From a virus (taxonomy: Duplodnaviria > Heunggongvirae > Uroviricota > Caudoviricetes): DNA of 64,000 bases. The notes below the pieces were generated by a model that saw only the letters and a list, made by a program, of their open reading frames with translations, did no database searches and was not told the DNA's origin. The DNA lies in IMG/VR virus record IMGVR_UViG_3300026382_000013, positions 17,331 to 81,330 of that record. The stretch is one strand, 5' to 3'. The position numbers and the translations under genes were made by a program. How positions within the stretch are numbered: the stretch's first letter is position 1; every line of letters starts with the position of its first letter. This document shows positions 28,628-38,951 of this stretch, one piece after another.

Positions 28628-29212
28628 TTGGAATACCTATTAAACAAAAAACCTGAGACGATATGGGAAGAATACGTACCTATTGTTAAATCTGGAAACA
28701 CATATACAGTCTACTTAACAGACCAAATAGATGTCCCAGCTAACTACAATCAACTAATGCATGTGCTAACTAATGCTACAACACTAGATACAATTAAATT
28801 TATAATTAATAATGGTGGTGGAGTTATTGACACTGGATTTATGTTAATCAATGCTATCAATAACACAGATGCACATACTGTAGCCCACATAACTGGTACA
28901 GTAGCATCAGTTGCAACTATTATAGCTTTATCTTGTGACACACTTATATGTGATAACCATATATCTTTTATGATACATAACTACTCAGCAGCAGTTGGAC
29001 ACCAAAAAGGGCATGAACTAAAAGCTTATCAAAACTTTACAGACAGAGAGCTTAACAAAACTTTTCGCATAGTCTACGCAAACTTCTTAACAGAAAAAGA
29101 AATGACTGACGTTATAGAAGGTAAAGATATCTGGCTAAATAAAGAAGAAGTGCTGGAAAGATGGGAAAGAACTAAGGAAACAGTTCATGAGGAGGATTGC
29201 ATTGAACATTAA
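28628..29212 (+). CDS. ClpP-like (S14 family) serine protease
   Basis: INNGGGVI, GTVASVATIIA (Ser) and FMIHNYSA (His) align with ClpP INSPGGxV / GQAASMG / MIHQP. TTG start. Confidence 0.65.
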   Translation: MEYLLNKKPETIWEEYVPIVKSGNTYTVYLTDQIDVPANYNQLMHVLTNATTLDTIKFIINNGGGVIDTGFMLINAINNTDAHTVAHITGTVASVATIIALSCDTLICDNHISFMIHNYSAAVGHQKGHELKAYQNFTDRELNKTFRIVYANFLTEKEMTDVIEGKDIWLNKEEVLERWERTKETVHEEDCIEH

Positions 29213-30572
29213 TGTATTAGATACTAATGTAATTTTGCTTCAGGCTTCTAACATACTAACACTTGGTAAGTATGCTACCATTGTTATACCTGAAACTGTT
29301 GTAGATGAGCTAGACGCAAAAAAGTCTGGACATAGTGAGATTGCATACCAAGCTAGACAATTTGGACGTATACTAGCTAAAGCTGAGTCTCATGGTACAA
29401 CTACTACAGACGTAGCAACACTAACCAAATTCATCATAGACGATGTTGAAATACTAATTGTGAGTGCATTACAGTACCCCTCTTTTAAAGACACTGAGCA
29501 AGCTATACGTAATGATCGTAAGATTATTCATATAGCTGATATACTTAGTACTACATATAACACAACTTTTATATCAAACGATGTTATGTGTAGGATAAGA
29601 GCTGAGTCTTTAGGTTTACATACAGAAGATGTTAAAGATGTACAAGATACTACATTTGAATTTACTAAAGAACTTTATGTAACAGACATAGTATTTAGTG
29701 ATTTACATAACAAACAAATTACTTCTGTTGATAAAGACTATAAATTTCAACACCGTAACTATAAGTTTATAAATACAGTTACCAACCAAATGAAACTTGC
29801 TACTATCACAACTAATGGTATTATTGATATCATAGGTAAAACTACAGAGAAAGAGCTACGTAAACAAGATGTAGCACCAATCAATAGTGACCAACTATTA
29901 TTAGCTCAGGCTATCCAAGATCCTTTAACAGATGTGATAGTTTGTGAAGCACTATCTGGATCAGGGAAGACAACTTGTGCTATATCTAATGCTATGAAGC
30001 TTGTAAAGACTAACACACCTTACACTTCTATCATATACATTAGAGCTTCTATAGATGATGTAGATGATGCCGAAGCTGTAGGATTTTTATCAGGTAATGA
30101 TGAGAAATTTGCTGTATACTCACACCCTCTACACGATACATTAGACTTCATTGCACGTAATCGTAATAAGAATTCTAAGTTACATGGTAAAGAGTATGAA
30201 GAGCGTATACAAGAAACTATTGATGACATTACGGATAAGTACAATATACAGTTTATGACAACATTAGGTATGCGTGGACGAACATTTAGAGATTCTGTGA
30301 TTATTATAGATGAACTACAAAATCAATCTAAAGCCTCATTGCAAAAAACACTTACAAGATTCAAAGACTGTAAAGTGATACTAATTGGTTCTAATAGACA
30401 GATAGATAATAAGTATCTAACCAAATATACCAATGGATTGTCAGTTGTATTAGACGACTGTACTAAACCAAACGACTACATTAATGCACATGTTGTACCT
30501 TTACATAAAGTAGAGAGATCTCGTATTGCTGAATGGAGTGAAAAACTTTTTGACAAGGACTCAAACAAATGA
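29187..30572 (+). CDS. phoH: PhoH-like ATPase with N-terminal PIN domain
   Basis: PIN-like N-terminus (VLDTNVIL). Walker A SGSGKTT, Walker B IIIDELQN. Alternative TTG start at 29202 after gaggagg. Confidence 0.8.
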   Translation: MRRIALNINVLDTNVILLQASNILTLGKYATIVIPETVVDELDAKKSGHSEIAYQARQFGRILAKAESHGTTTTDVATLTKFIIDDVEILIVSALQYPSFKDTEQAIRNDRKIIHIADILSTTYNTTFISNDVMCRIRAESLGLHTEDVKDVQDTTFEFTKELYVTDIVFSDLHNKQITSVDKDYKFQHRNYKFINTVTNQMKLATITTNGIIDIIGKTTEKELRKQDVAPINSDQLLLAQAIQDPLTDVIVCEALSGSGKTTCAISNAMKLVKTNTPYTSIIYIRASIDDVDDAEAVGFLSGNDEKFAVYSHPLHDTLDFIARNRNKNSKLHGKEYEERIQETIDDITDKYNIQFMTTLGMRGRTFRDSVIIIDELQNQSKASLQKTLTRFKDCKVILIGSNRQIDNKYLTKYTNGLSVVLDDCTKPNDYINAHVVPLHKVERSRIAEWSEKLFDKDSNK

Positions 30573-30772
30573 AAATTAAAAACTTAGTAGACATTGCTGA
30601 CGCATTAACTATAGACGATATCAGAATTAAAGTAACTAAAAAGAAATCTAACATTTTAGTTAAATACAAAGGCTACAAGGCTATCAAATTTAAACGCTTA
30701 CACCCTTTATCTTACGAATACAATGAAGATGATTTATGGGACTTACTAGAGTCAATTCAAGAGGAATTCTAG
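30569..30772 (+). CDS. hypothetical protein (67 aa)
   Basis: ORF, overlapped start. Confidence 0.4.
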   Translation: MKIKNLVDIADALTIDDIRIKVTKKKSNILVKYKGYKAIKFKRLHPLSYEYNEDDLWDLLESIQEEF

Positions 30773-30774
30773 CA

Positions 30775-31236
30775 ATGAACATAAATCCTATAAAAGCTAT
30801 ACACAAATTCAACAAAGATGCTGGATTTATAGATTCTGGTTATAACGCATCAAAAGAAGCTGCGTATCCTATCGAGGAGGCTCTTGAAGGTCTAGATAGA
30901 CTCGGTAACCTAAGTATGCAACTTACAGGCTCTACAGATGATATGGGTAGCCCTAAAGACCTCTCACGTATTATCGTAGACTTAGCTACATCTGATAATT
31001 GTACTATAGCAGACGTAGATGCACTAGATAAACATGTAGACTCAATCGTATTTAACTTTGGGTCCATATTCAAACTTGGACTTACACCACAACAAGCTAT
31101 GCGAGCAATCTCTATTGTTATGGAAGCTAATATGACAAAACTTACAGTAGGTACTGATTCTCAAGGTAAACAAATGAAACCTAAAGATTTTGTATCACCA
31201 GAAGCTAAGTTACAAAAGCTTTTAGATGAGCGTTGA
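30775..31236 (+). CDS. hypothetical protein (153 aa), possibly MazG-like
   Basis: Internal ATG 30775 used, since the longer start overlaps the previous gene. EEALEGLDRLG... weakly MazG-like. Confidence 0.35.
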   Translation: MNINPIKAIHKFNKDAGFIDSGYNASKEAAYPIEEALEGLDRLGNLSMQLTGSTDDMGSPKDLSRIIVDLATSDNCTIADVDALDKHVDSIVFNFGSIFKLGLTPQQAMRAISIVMEANMTKLTVGTDSQGKQMKPKDFVSPEAKLQKLLDER

Positions 31237-31284
31237 AATTTTAATACTAATAGGTGTCTGGGGTAATTTTATACTCCAGACCTT

Positions 31285-31614
31285 ATGGTTTATTCGTACA
31301 AAGGACAAACATTAATGGAACTAACATTACACTATTACTGGGTGTACAAAGCAGTATTTTTATTATCTATTCTATTTACAATTTATAAGATATATAAATC
31401 AGAATTTACTAGTAAATCTTGGGGAGTAACTTTAATAGTACTAACAATACTAGCCAACATATCTCCAGTAAAACTTAAACCAATTACAGACTCTGTAAAT
31501 ACTTTACAAAACATATCTATAGAAAACTCTAAAAAACTCCCAGAATTTAAACAAGACAATAGGTTTAAATCTGCAACACATATAGAAGGCATTAAACCTT
31601 CAGACTTACAATAA
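31285..31614 (+). CDS. membrane protein (109 aa, 2 TM)
   Basis: Hydrophobic segments YYWVYKAVFLLSILFTIY and GVTLIVLTILANISPV. Confidence 0.45.
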   Translation: MVYSYKGQTLMELTLHYYWVYKAVFLLSILFTIYKIYKSEFTSKSWGVTLIVLTILANISPVKLKPITDSVNTLQNISIENSKKLPEFKQDNRFKSATHIEGIKPSDLQ

Positions 31615-31625
31615 AGGACAATAAT

Positions 31626-32501
31626 ATGAAAAAAACATTATTAGCTACATTGTTTGTAGCACTCTCATTATTAACATTCACTGGATGTAATGAACAAGTA
31701 CCCGCTGGCACAAAAGGTAAAATTTTAGGTAAGACTGGATGGCAACCTGAAGTCTTCCCACCATCTAAAGTATGGGTAGCGACTACTTTTACAACAACAC
31801 CTGAGAAGTTATTTCTTATAGAAACAACTACTAGAAAGTTTGTACAACCTATTAAAGTACTCCTCAAAGATAAACTTACATTGAATGCTGAAATTGTTTT
31901 CAGAGGTAGAGTAACATCAAATGATAGAGTCATAAATAGCTTATTTAATGATATGCCTATGAATGATAACATTGTTACAACTGAAGAAGTGTACAATACA
32001 TATGGTAAAATGGTAGTTCTTAATACAGCTAGAGAAGTGATTTCTAAATACAATGTGGATGAAGTAAATACTAACTATGCACGAATCACAGTTGAGCTGT
32101 ATAATGCTATCAAGCCTAAATTAAAAGGACTACCTATAGACATCTCAGATGTTACATTAGGTAATATCCAATACCCTAAAATTGTTACATCAGCTATTGA
32201 AGCTGCTAAACAAAGACGCATGGAAATTGAGAAAGAGCAAGCACAAGTGCAGATAGAGCTAACAAAAGCTAAAGGTCGTGAGCAAGTAGCAAAAGCTAAC
32301 TATAGAGTTAGAATGCTAGAAGCTAAACAAATACGTGACTACAACAAGATGATAAATTCTGGCCTGACAGATGATTTAATTGAACTCAAGAAAATCGAGG
32401 TACAAATGAAGTTGGCTGAAAATCTAGGTAACAACGAAAATGTTGTTTACATGCCTATGGAAATGATGTCATCTACAGAATTTTTAAAATCTATTAAGTA
32501 G
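31626..32501 (+). CDS. SPFH/band-7 (prohibitin/HflKC-like) domain lipoprotein
   Basis: Signal peptide with lipobox LTFTGC. C-terminal coiled-coil EIEKEQAQVQIELTKAKGREQVAKANYRV...VVYMP typical of the SPFH C-terminus. Confidence 0.6.
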   Translation: MKKTLLATLFVALSLLTFTGCNEQVPAGTKGKILGKTGWQPEVFPPSKVWVATTFTTTPEKLFLIETTTRKFVQPIKVLLKDKLTLNAEIVFRGRVTSNDRVINSLFNDMPMNDNIVTTEEVYNTYGKMVVLNTAREVISKYNVDEVNTNYARITVELYNAIKPKLKGLPIDISDVTLGNIQYPKIVTSAIEAAKQRRMEIEKEQAQVQIELTKAKGREQVAKANYRVRMLEAKQIRDYNKMINSGLTDDLIELKKIEVQMKLAENLGNNENVVYMPMEMMSSTEFLKSIK

Positions 32502-32616
32502 GTATTAAGTAGTATCCCACTACAATTCCAGGATGTTACTAGTTTTTAATTCCATTTTTACTAGTGACATTCCTTCTTAACTAAGTCACTGCTTGCACAC
32601 TTAGCTTATCTTATAT

Positions 32617-32691
32617 TGAGTAGTACCATAGTGGTATTGGGCCAAGCTGTTAACTTGGAAGTCACTGGTTCGAATCCAGTCTACTCAGCCA
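32617..32691 (+). tRNA. tRNA-Asn (GTT), CCA encoded
   Basis: Acceptor TGAGTAG/CTACTCA; anticodon stem CCAAG/CTTGG with loop CTGTTAA; T-arm ACTGG-TTCGAAT-CCAGT; discriminator G; CCA. Confidence 0.8.
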
Positions 32692-32692
32692 T

Positions 32693-32780
32693 GGAAAGTT
32701 GACCGAGTGGTCTATGATATCTGTTTGCTAAACAGACGTAGTTAACTCTACCGTAAGTTCGAATCTTACACTTTCCACCA
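32693..32780 (+). tRNA. tRNA-Ser (GCT), type II with long variable arm, CCA encoded
   Basis: Acceptor GGAAAGT/ACTTTCC; anticodon stem TCTGT/ACAGA with loop TTGCTAA; variable arm GTAG-TTAACT-CTAC; T-arm GTAAG-TTCGAAT-CTTAC. D-stem has one mismatch. Confidence 0.7.
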
Positions 32781-32958
32781 CACTTCAAATACTATCTATT
32801 AAATTCATTATATTATGCACTTACTAGATGTTATTTATACATTGCACTTATTACTTTATACTTATTATATATACCTACATTATGCAAAACATGTGTTAAA
32901 TTACTACTACATGGTACTTAAGCAAGATTTTAAGTGTCTCAAGTTATAATACACTTAT

Positions 32959-32982
32959 GTATCGGATTTCGATACACTTTTT
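32959..32982 (+). terminator. short hairpin GTATCG-gattt-CGATAC followed by a T-run
   Basis: Inverted repeat plus cacttttt, downstream of the tRNA pair. Confidence 0.35.
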
Positions 32983-32994
32983 AAAGGAAATCAC

Positions 32995-33486
32995 ATGATG
33001 GAAATTAGTAGGAATATTGTATTGACAGCTGAAATTTTGGATAGTAACGACACACTCCAAACTTTACATGCTGAGGAAAAGATTGTTGAGAAATATTATA
33101 GCATAAAAAACTTAAACATGAGGATAAACTATATGGACTTAATTGACTACCAATCTAAAATATGTAATAGTAGTAAAGATATACTACTATTTGGGGACCT
33201 GTTCAGACATCTAGACACTAATAACTACTTACACATAAATGTCTCTAAATGGGCTAAAGAGCATGAGTACTCTCGCAGTAAAGTAAATATTGTACTAAAA
33301 AAAGCGATAGATTGTGGTTTTATAGTCAAAATTTCTTCTGGCATATATTTTGTAAACCCTTTTGTTATACGTGGCCTAGGCTTCAAAAACAACGAACTAT
33401 TCGAGGCATGCCAACATAAATGGAACACTATAAATACACATAGTTTTGACCAAGATAAATTAGAGGGCATCCTGTCTAAAATGTAA
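32995..33486 (+). CDS. hypothetical protein (163 aa), last gene of the plus-strand arm
   Basis: taaaggaaatcacATGATG. Confidence 0.5.
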   Translation: MMEISRNIVLTAEILDSNDTLQTLHAEEKIVEKYYSIKNLNMRINYMDLIDYQSKICNSSKDILLFGDLFRHLDTNNYLHINVSKWAKEHEYSRSKVNIVLKKAIDCGFIVKISSGIYFVNPFVIRGLGFKNNELFEACQHKWNTINTHSFDQDKLEGILSKM

Positions 33487-33493
33487 TTTAATA

Positions 33494-33532
33494 CATTCCT
33501 CCCAGACTATACTTATATTCATGGGAGGAATG
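33494..33532. terminator. bidirectional terminator hairpin at the point where the two arms converge
   Basis: Perfect 11-bp stem cattcctccca / tgggaggaatg with a 17-nt loop, flanked by A/T runs on both sides. Lies between the stops of 32995-33486 (+) and 33539-37867 (-). Confidence 0.6.
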
Positions 33533-33538
33533 TTACAT

Positions 33539-36500
33539 CTATTTAAAGATGTTTAATATAGGTATCGTAGTACCACCATCTAATAACCTCATAGCACTAT
33601 CTATTGGGCTAAGTCTGCCACCTAATGTTTGGAATATATTACTATGGAATATACCAGCATCTGGGCTTAATCCTAACTTCTGTGCACTTATATCCATTAA
33701 TACCCTAAATCCATTCTTTCTTAATCTACTGATCTCTACTCTTTGGATGTTACTCCAATACTTATAGAATGCTTCAGGACCAATAGCATCAAGATATTGT
33801 ATAGTCTTACTATTTATTACTTTACTATAGTTGATAAAGTTATCAGTAACTTCTCTTCGCATCTCTTCACTTTCCCTACCATGCTCAATACCATACCAAT
33901 ATAATGCAGCTCTAAAATGGAAGTCACTTTCTTGTGTTACAGCTACCATAAATCTACCTAATTCCGACTTGTTAGTAAGGAATACCGTTTGTATTGCTTG
34001 ATGTAATAAGCTATTTTTACCAGCTACTTTATCTAATTGATCTGTTACAGCTTGTGTAATCGGATTGTTATCTTCTATATCTGCTATATCTTCTACAATA
34101 GCTTGGAACATACCCGCATCCATTAAAGGTTTCAAGGGGTTATGTGCCATTCTATCCTCTATCTCAGCAAGCTTCTTAACATACTTATCTCTTTCCTTAC
34201 CTTCACTACTATGCATCATTCTTATAGCTTGTAGTCTTTCCTTATCATCTATTTTCCATTGTCTTAAACTTTTTCTACTTAACCATAATTTACTCATAGC
34301 CTCCATTGGGCCCATACCTGAGTATACTAAAAATTTAGCATTACTTACTATATTTCCATATATTGTTGATGGCATTTTAACTACGACATTACTTTTAAGT
34401 AGTTGTGCAAAACTCTTTACATAGTGTTCAGCTACCCTAATCTTTCTTTCAGTCTCTTTACTTACTTTAATCCTAGTTTTACCTATACGTTTGATATCCA
34501 TTATACTTGGCTCATTATATGCAAACAATTGATTTATCAAATCTTTTCTTACATACAATACTCTATCTTCTGCATCTGGACCATGCATCTCTCTATTCTT
34601 TTGTCTTATGTAGTCTCTAGCATCTTTAGGTAGTAATGCCCAATACTCTTCAGCTTCAGTTTTTAACCCATACTTGCCTTCATCTTTTAGATCTTCATAA
34701 CCACTTTCATACAGTTTTCTTCTATCCTCTTCATTTAGGTTAAGCTCTTTAGGTTGTATTTTTATATACAGATGTTGTGTATCTTTAAATTGCTCACCAG
34801 ATGTATCTAAATCTTTTGAGTCATCCATAACTATATCTACAAGCTTTCTATTCTGTTCATTAGTAAGTTTCATTGTACCTACTTGACCAAAACTTCTACC
34901 TAACTTCTCAACACCATTAACACTTAATTCTAGGTACTTAATAGCGTCATCTTTACCTATTGGGTATCTAAAGTCTATTATGAAACCTCTATCATTGTAT
35001 ACAGGCTGCATAAGCTCTATGTCACCATCTTGTTCACTATAGCCACTGTTATCTTCATATCTTTCTATAGCTTCATTACGTACTTTAATAAACTTCTTAA
35101 CCATTTGCTTGTCATCAAGTTCAGGAGCTGACATTCTTACTTTGTCACTTAATAGTAACCCTGGTACTGTTCTTCTTTGTAAACTTGCAGCGCCATCTAC
35201 ACGTTTCCCTATACCTGCATTGACATTAACATATACACCATACTCAACATTATCAGTATCATTGTATGCTTCAATTAGATTACGTACTAGTTTGTATCCT
35301 TGTGCTTCCATTTCTTTACGCTTATACACAGGAGCATACTTCATGTCTCTATTGATATGTGTTTTATCCCTTGCCTGGCCTTTAACAAAGTCATGGTATT
35401 CACCAGATTCCTGCATTTCTTCCGCAGTTGCTTCTAACATACCTTTGGCAGTGTCTAAATAAAACTTTACACCATCCGAGTCAATATCTATAAGTTCAGC
35501 TAACTCATTTCTACCTCTAGACATTCTTAAAGCTTCTAATGTGATTAGCTTGTCGATAGCCTCTACGTACACTTCTTCACTACCATCTCTATCTACATCC
35601 CATACATGACCATACATTAATGCTATATTTCTTGCATTAGTTCTTAGACCCTTACCTACAACAAGGTACCTTGCAGCTTCTAGTATATCTCTCATGTACA
35701 TATGTTTTTGGAATGTTGGTAGGTCTTTAAACTCTGTGGCTACTATCTTATTCACTTCTTCATCTATAGCTTTATCACTACTAAGTAACTCTTTAGTTCG
35801 TTTCATCCCAAGACTTCTAGCAACTACTTGTAAGTCTGTACTAAGTGCTGCACTCTCTAAAGCTTCTCTATACTTCTTGTTAGCTAAGGCATTTATATCT
35901 ATCTTTGTAAAAGCTTCTGTTATATCTTGTACTGTACCTTTAAAATTGTGATCTCTAAGCCTATCTACCATACTTCTAAACTGCATTGTCATATCTGTTA
36001 TCTGTACAAGTGTTCTTCTACCTGCCATAAAGTCTGACATAACTGCATGTACAAATGAACCTTCACCTACTCCTAAGTCCATCAGAAGCTTACTTTGAGC
36101 TATAGCTAGACCTTCATCACCTGTTGTATGTTTAAGTGCTTTATTGAGCTTCTTTAGAGTTCTAATTGTTCCCATAGCTTTAATAGCTGACTTGAAGTAA
36201 TTATCTGTACTTTTAGGCTCATACTTATGTAAGTCATCCAGTATCTTTTGGATAATCTTTTCAGTCTCCATACCTCTTTTAGCTTTAATTGCTTCATACA
36301 TCATATTTTGAATAGCTTTAGATTTGTATAGTGCTCTATCTATCATATCTGTACTTACTGATAACTTCTTTAACCACTCATTCTCACTAAGAAGTTTTTT
36401 AATTTCTTCCTCTGTTGCTTTGCTACCTGCTTTTGGTCCTTTTTTACCATCATCCCCATTCATCTTATCTATAGCCCAATTCACTGGTACACTTACTTTA

Positions 36501-37867
36501 GCATCTAGTGTATCTAGTACTTCATCAATCTTACCTACTATCTTCTCATTGATTGGCATGCCTTGTCTTTGAGTAGCTTTACCAGCATATCTATCTTGTA
36601 CTTGTGTTAAAGCATAAACTAACTTTGTACTCTCTTCTAGTAGTGTATCACCTTTTATCTTTTTAGCTTTACCTAGCATAGCTTGAAATGTATTCCAGAA
36701 CCATCTAGTCACTACATCGAGTATAGTCTCATTAGCCTTTTTCTCTTTCATTATCTTTTCAGGAGCTTTCTTGTCTAGTGCTTGCATTAAGGCTTTATTT
36801 GTCATTAGATGGGCCATAAACTCTTGTAGTCTAATACCAGCTAGCTTTTGGTTATATGTATTACTAGCTGTCCCAAAGATATACTCATATCTTTCTTTAG
36901 CCTTATCAATCTCAGCTTCTGTGTACACACCTTCATACTCAGGTAGGAAATCTTCAAATGTAATTACTTTCTGTGCATACTTATATAAGTCTCTAATTTG
37001 TAGTTTTAAGTCAGCACCTGCTGTTGGTATCTTACTATTGAATACCCAATCTAATGCTGCATGCACTGTTTCATGTACTAAAGCTTCTTCATTAGTCATT
37101 GTGAATAAATTCCTAGCTTCTTCTCCTAAGCTACCCCTGATTATACGTATCTTAGCACCTTCAGCAGTTGGGTCAAACATTGCTATTGGTTCTACTATCT
37201 CTTGTACTTTATCTGTTGTTACTTGAATACCAAGTTTTGCTATCTCTTTAGACATCTCCTGAAGCTTCATAGACACTTCTTTAAGTTGTGCACTATGTTC
37301 TGCATCCCAGTCTCCACCTAAAGCTTCTTGGTCAGCTTTCTGCATCTCAGCTTGTATATTCTCTAGTGTACCATCTATCGTATTTGCACTATTAAACATT
37401 TCATTTATTTCTTCATATGTCATGCCATCATTATTATACAACACAGCATCTATGTTGAACTTTCTCAACATCTTAGTCATAGCTTCCTTCGAGTATGTAA
37501 TCTTACTATCTACCCCATCAGGTGTTAATCCATTTCTAGTTACAATAGCATAACCATTTTTACCTTTATCAGTAACATGACTTACTTTATACTTATTTGG
37601 ACCTAACTGCACTACACCTGTAATCTTTACTCTATAGTTCTTATGTCTCGTTCTAGCTTTATGTGTACTAGCATTTCTACTGTAGTACACAGACTGTATT
37701 TGGTACATATCACCAGCCAACTCTTTCTGTACACTTCTAGCTCTATTTCTAGCATCCATTGTAGCCATCTCAATAGCAATATTTGGATCTAGTTGTGGGT
37801 TATCCGCTATAGCTTGTTTTTTAAGCTCATCATTAAGCTCTAGGGTATCTATGTTACATTGTGCCAT
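33539..37867 (-). CDS. giant virion-associated protein (1442 aa), probable internal/ejection protein, with an HExxH motif
   Basis: Last gene of the late operon. LVHETVHAALDW (zincin-like HExxH). The size class matches podovirus internal core proteins. Function inferred. Confidence 0.5.
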   Translation of the reverse strand: MAQCNIDTLELNDELKKQAIADNPQLDPNIAIEMATMDARNRARSVQKELAGDMYQIQSVYYSRNASTHKARTRHKNYRVKITGVVQLGPNKYKVSHVTDKGKNGYAIVTRNGLTPDGVDSKITYSKEAMTKMLRKFNIDAVLYNNDGMTYEEINEMFNSANTIDGTLENIQAEMQKADQEALGGDWDAEHSAQLKEVSMKLQEMSKEIAKLGIQVTTDKVQEIVEPIAMFDPTAEGAKIRIIRGSLGEEARNLFTMTNEEALVHETVHAALDWVFNSKIPTAGADLKLQIRDLYKYAQKVITFEDFLPEYEGVYTEAEIDKAKERYEYIFGTASNTYNQKLAGIRLQEFMAHLMTNKALMQALDKKAPEKIMKEKKANETILDVVTRWFWNTFQAMLGKAKKIKGDTLLEESTKLVYALTQVQDRYAGKATQRQGMPINEKIVGKIDEVLDTLDAKVSVPVNWAIDKMNGDDGKKGPKAGSKATEEEIKKLLSENEWLKKLSVSTDMIDRALYKSKAIQNMMYEAIKAKRGMETEKIIQKILDDLHKYEPKSTDNYFKSAIKAMGTIRTLKKLNKALKHTTGDEGLAIAQSKLLMDLGVGEGSFVHAVMSDFMAGRRTLVQITDMTMQFRSMVDRLRDHNFKGTVQDITEAFTKIDINALANKKYREALESAALSTDLQVVARSLGMKRTKELLSSDKAIDEEVNKIVATEFKDLPTFQKHMYMRDILEAARYLVVGKGLRTNARNIALMYGHVWDVDRDGSEEVYVEAIDKLITLEALRMSRGRNELAELIDIDSDGVKFYLDTAKGMLEATAEEMQESGEYHDFVKGQARDKTHINRDMKYAPVYKRKEMEAQGYKLVRNLIEAYNDTDNVEYGVYVNVNAGIGKRVDGAASLQRRTVPGLLLSDKVRMSAPELDDKQMVKKFIKVRNEAIERYEDNSGYSEQDGDIELMQPVYNDRGFIIDFRYPIGKDDAIKYLELSVNGVEKLGRSFGQVGTMKLTNEQNRKLVDIVMDDSKDLDTSGEQFKDTQHLYIKIQPKELNLNEEDRRKLYESGYEDLKDEGKYGLKTEAEEYWALLPKDARDYIRQKNREMHGPDAEDRVLYVRKDLINQLFAYNEPSIMDIKRIGKTRIKVSKETERKIRVAEHYVKSFAQLLKSNVVVKMPSTIYGNIVSNAKFLVYSGMGPMEAMSKLWLSRKSLRQWKIDDKERLQAIRMMHSSEGKERDKYVKKLAEIEDRMAHNPLKPLMDAGMFQAIVEDIADIEDNNPITQAVTDQLDKVAGKNSLLHQAIQTVFLTNKSELGRFMVAVTQESDFHFRAALYWYGIEHGRESEEMRREVTDNFINYSKVINSKTIQYLDAIGPEAFYKYWSNIQRVEISRLRKNGFRVLMDISAQKLGLSPDAGIFHSNIFQTLGGRLSPIDSAMRLLDGGTTIPILNIFK

Positions 37868-38949
37868 TAGTTACATTCCTCAATCATTTTGTTTATTATA
37901 TCTTCTATACTGTTATTCGTAGCTTTATTTAGTGTACCTTCATCTACTATACTATCTACAGATGCTATAGCATATCCACCTGTGCTAGTACCAAAGCCTT
38001 TACTCTTAAGGTATCTAGTGATGCTCTCAAATAGTTTTTGAATACTGCTCTGCTCGCTCTGTGGAAATTGCTTAATGAACTCTTTCCGTATGTTAGGTTC
38101 TGCACTAAGTATAGCAACTAGTTCAGCGACTTGAGCAAACTTTGTAGGTCTTTTAGCTGCATACATTAATCTCTGTTTAAGTAAATTCTGTTCCAGTGTG
38201 TGGTCTGGGTCAAACTCTTTAACCATATCTATTGTATCTAGCAAATACTTAACTCTGGTATCACTCATATGGTTGCTAAGCCATTCAGCTGTTAGGTAAT
38301 GTCTTATTTCATGTGCAGTGTACACTTCATACATCGCCTCATCTACATGCTCATTAGGCTTGACAACAGTTATTACGCCCTCATTGTACCAGAACTCTTC
38401 ACCTTCTACTACAACACCTGGATACTCTTTTTTAAACTTAACATTAGCTGCTTTTATCTCAGCTAACTCTTTGGCATCTACATATACCTCATTAAGTTCT
38501 GAACCTGCATCAGTAGCTCCTAGAGCAGGGTTAGACTCTTTACTCACATCAATAGTAGCTTCTGTGGTATTGTACACATCAGCCAACTCTTCATAGAAGT
38601 TCTCACCTTCGTACACAGCAAGTGAATCCCCATTACTAAACTCATAACTCCATCTTTTATCTCCACGGGAGCCTTCTTGGTCATCCCAGAATGGTCCTTT
38701 CTCTTTCACTATATCGTCTAGTGTAACCTTCTCACCATCTAATACAAATGTATCACCTATGTTAGGTACTTTCCCTACATTACTAGTTTTATTGCTGTTA
38801 GGTAACTTACTTTTGTCTATTACATCTAGCATACTACCTATACTTTTAAAATTCTTATCTACTGTTAAGTACTCACCACTAAATTTACCCAACTTCTTAA
38901 GTTCATTATTTACAGCTTCTACTGCTGCTTCTACTGTACATGACTTCAT
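37867..38949 (-). CDS. virion-module protein (360 aa) with HExxH motif
   Basis: YTAHEIRHYL. Start overlaps the stop of the 2393-aa gene. Confidence 0.45.
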   Translation of the reverse strand: MKSCTVEAAVEAVNNELKKLGKFSGEYLTVDKNFKSIGSMLDVIDKSKLPNSNKTSNVGKVPNIGDTFVLDGEKVTLDDIVKEKGPFWDDQEGSRGDKRWSYEFSNGDSLAVYEGENFYEELADVYNTTEATIDVSKESNPALGATDAGSELNEVYVDAKELAEIKAANVKFKKEYPGVVVEGEEFWYNEGVITVVKPNEHVDEAMYEVYTAHEIRHYLTAEWLSNHMSDTRVKYLLDTIDMVKEFDPDHTLEQNLLKQRLMYAAKRPTKFAQVAELVAILSAEPNIRKEFIKQFPQSEQSSIQKLFESITRYLKSKGFGTSTGGYAIASVDSIVDEGTLNKATNNSIEDIINKMIEECN

Positions 38950-38951
38950 AC

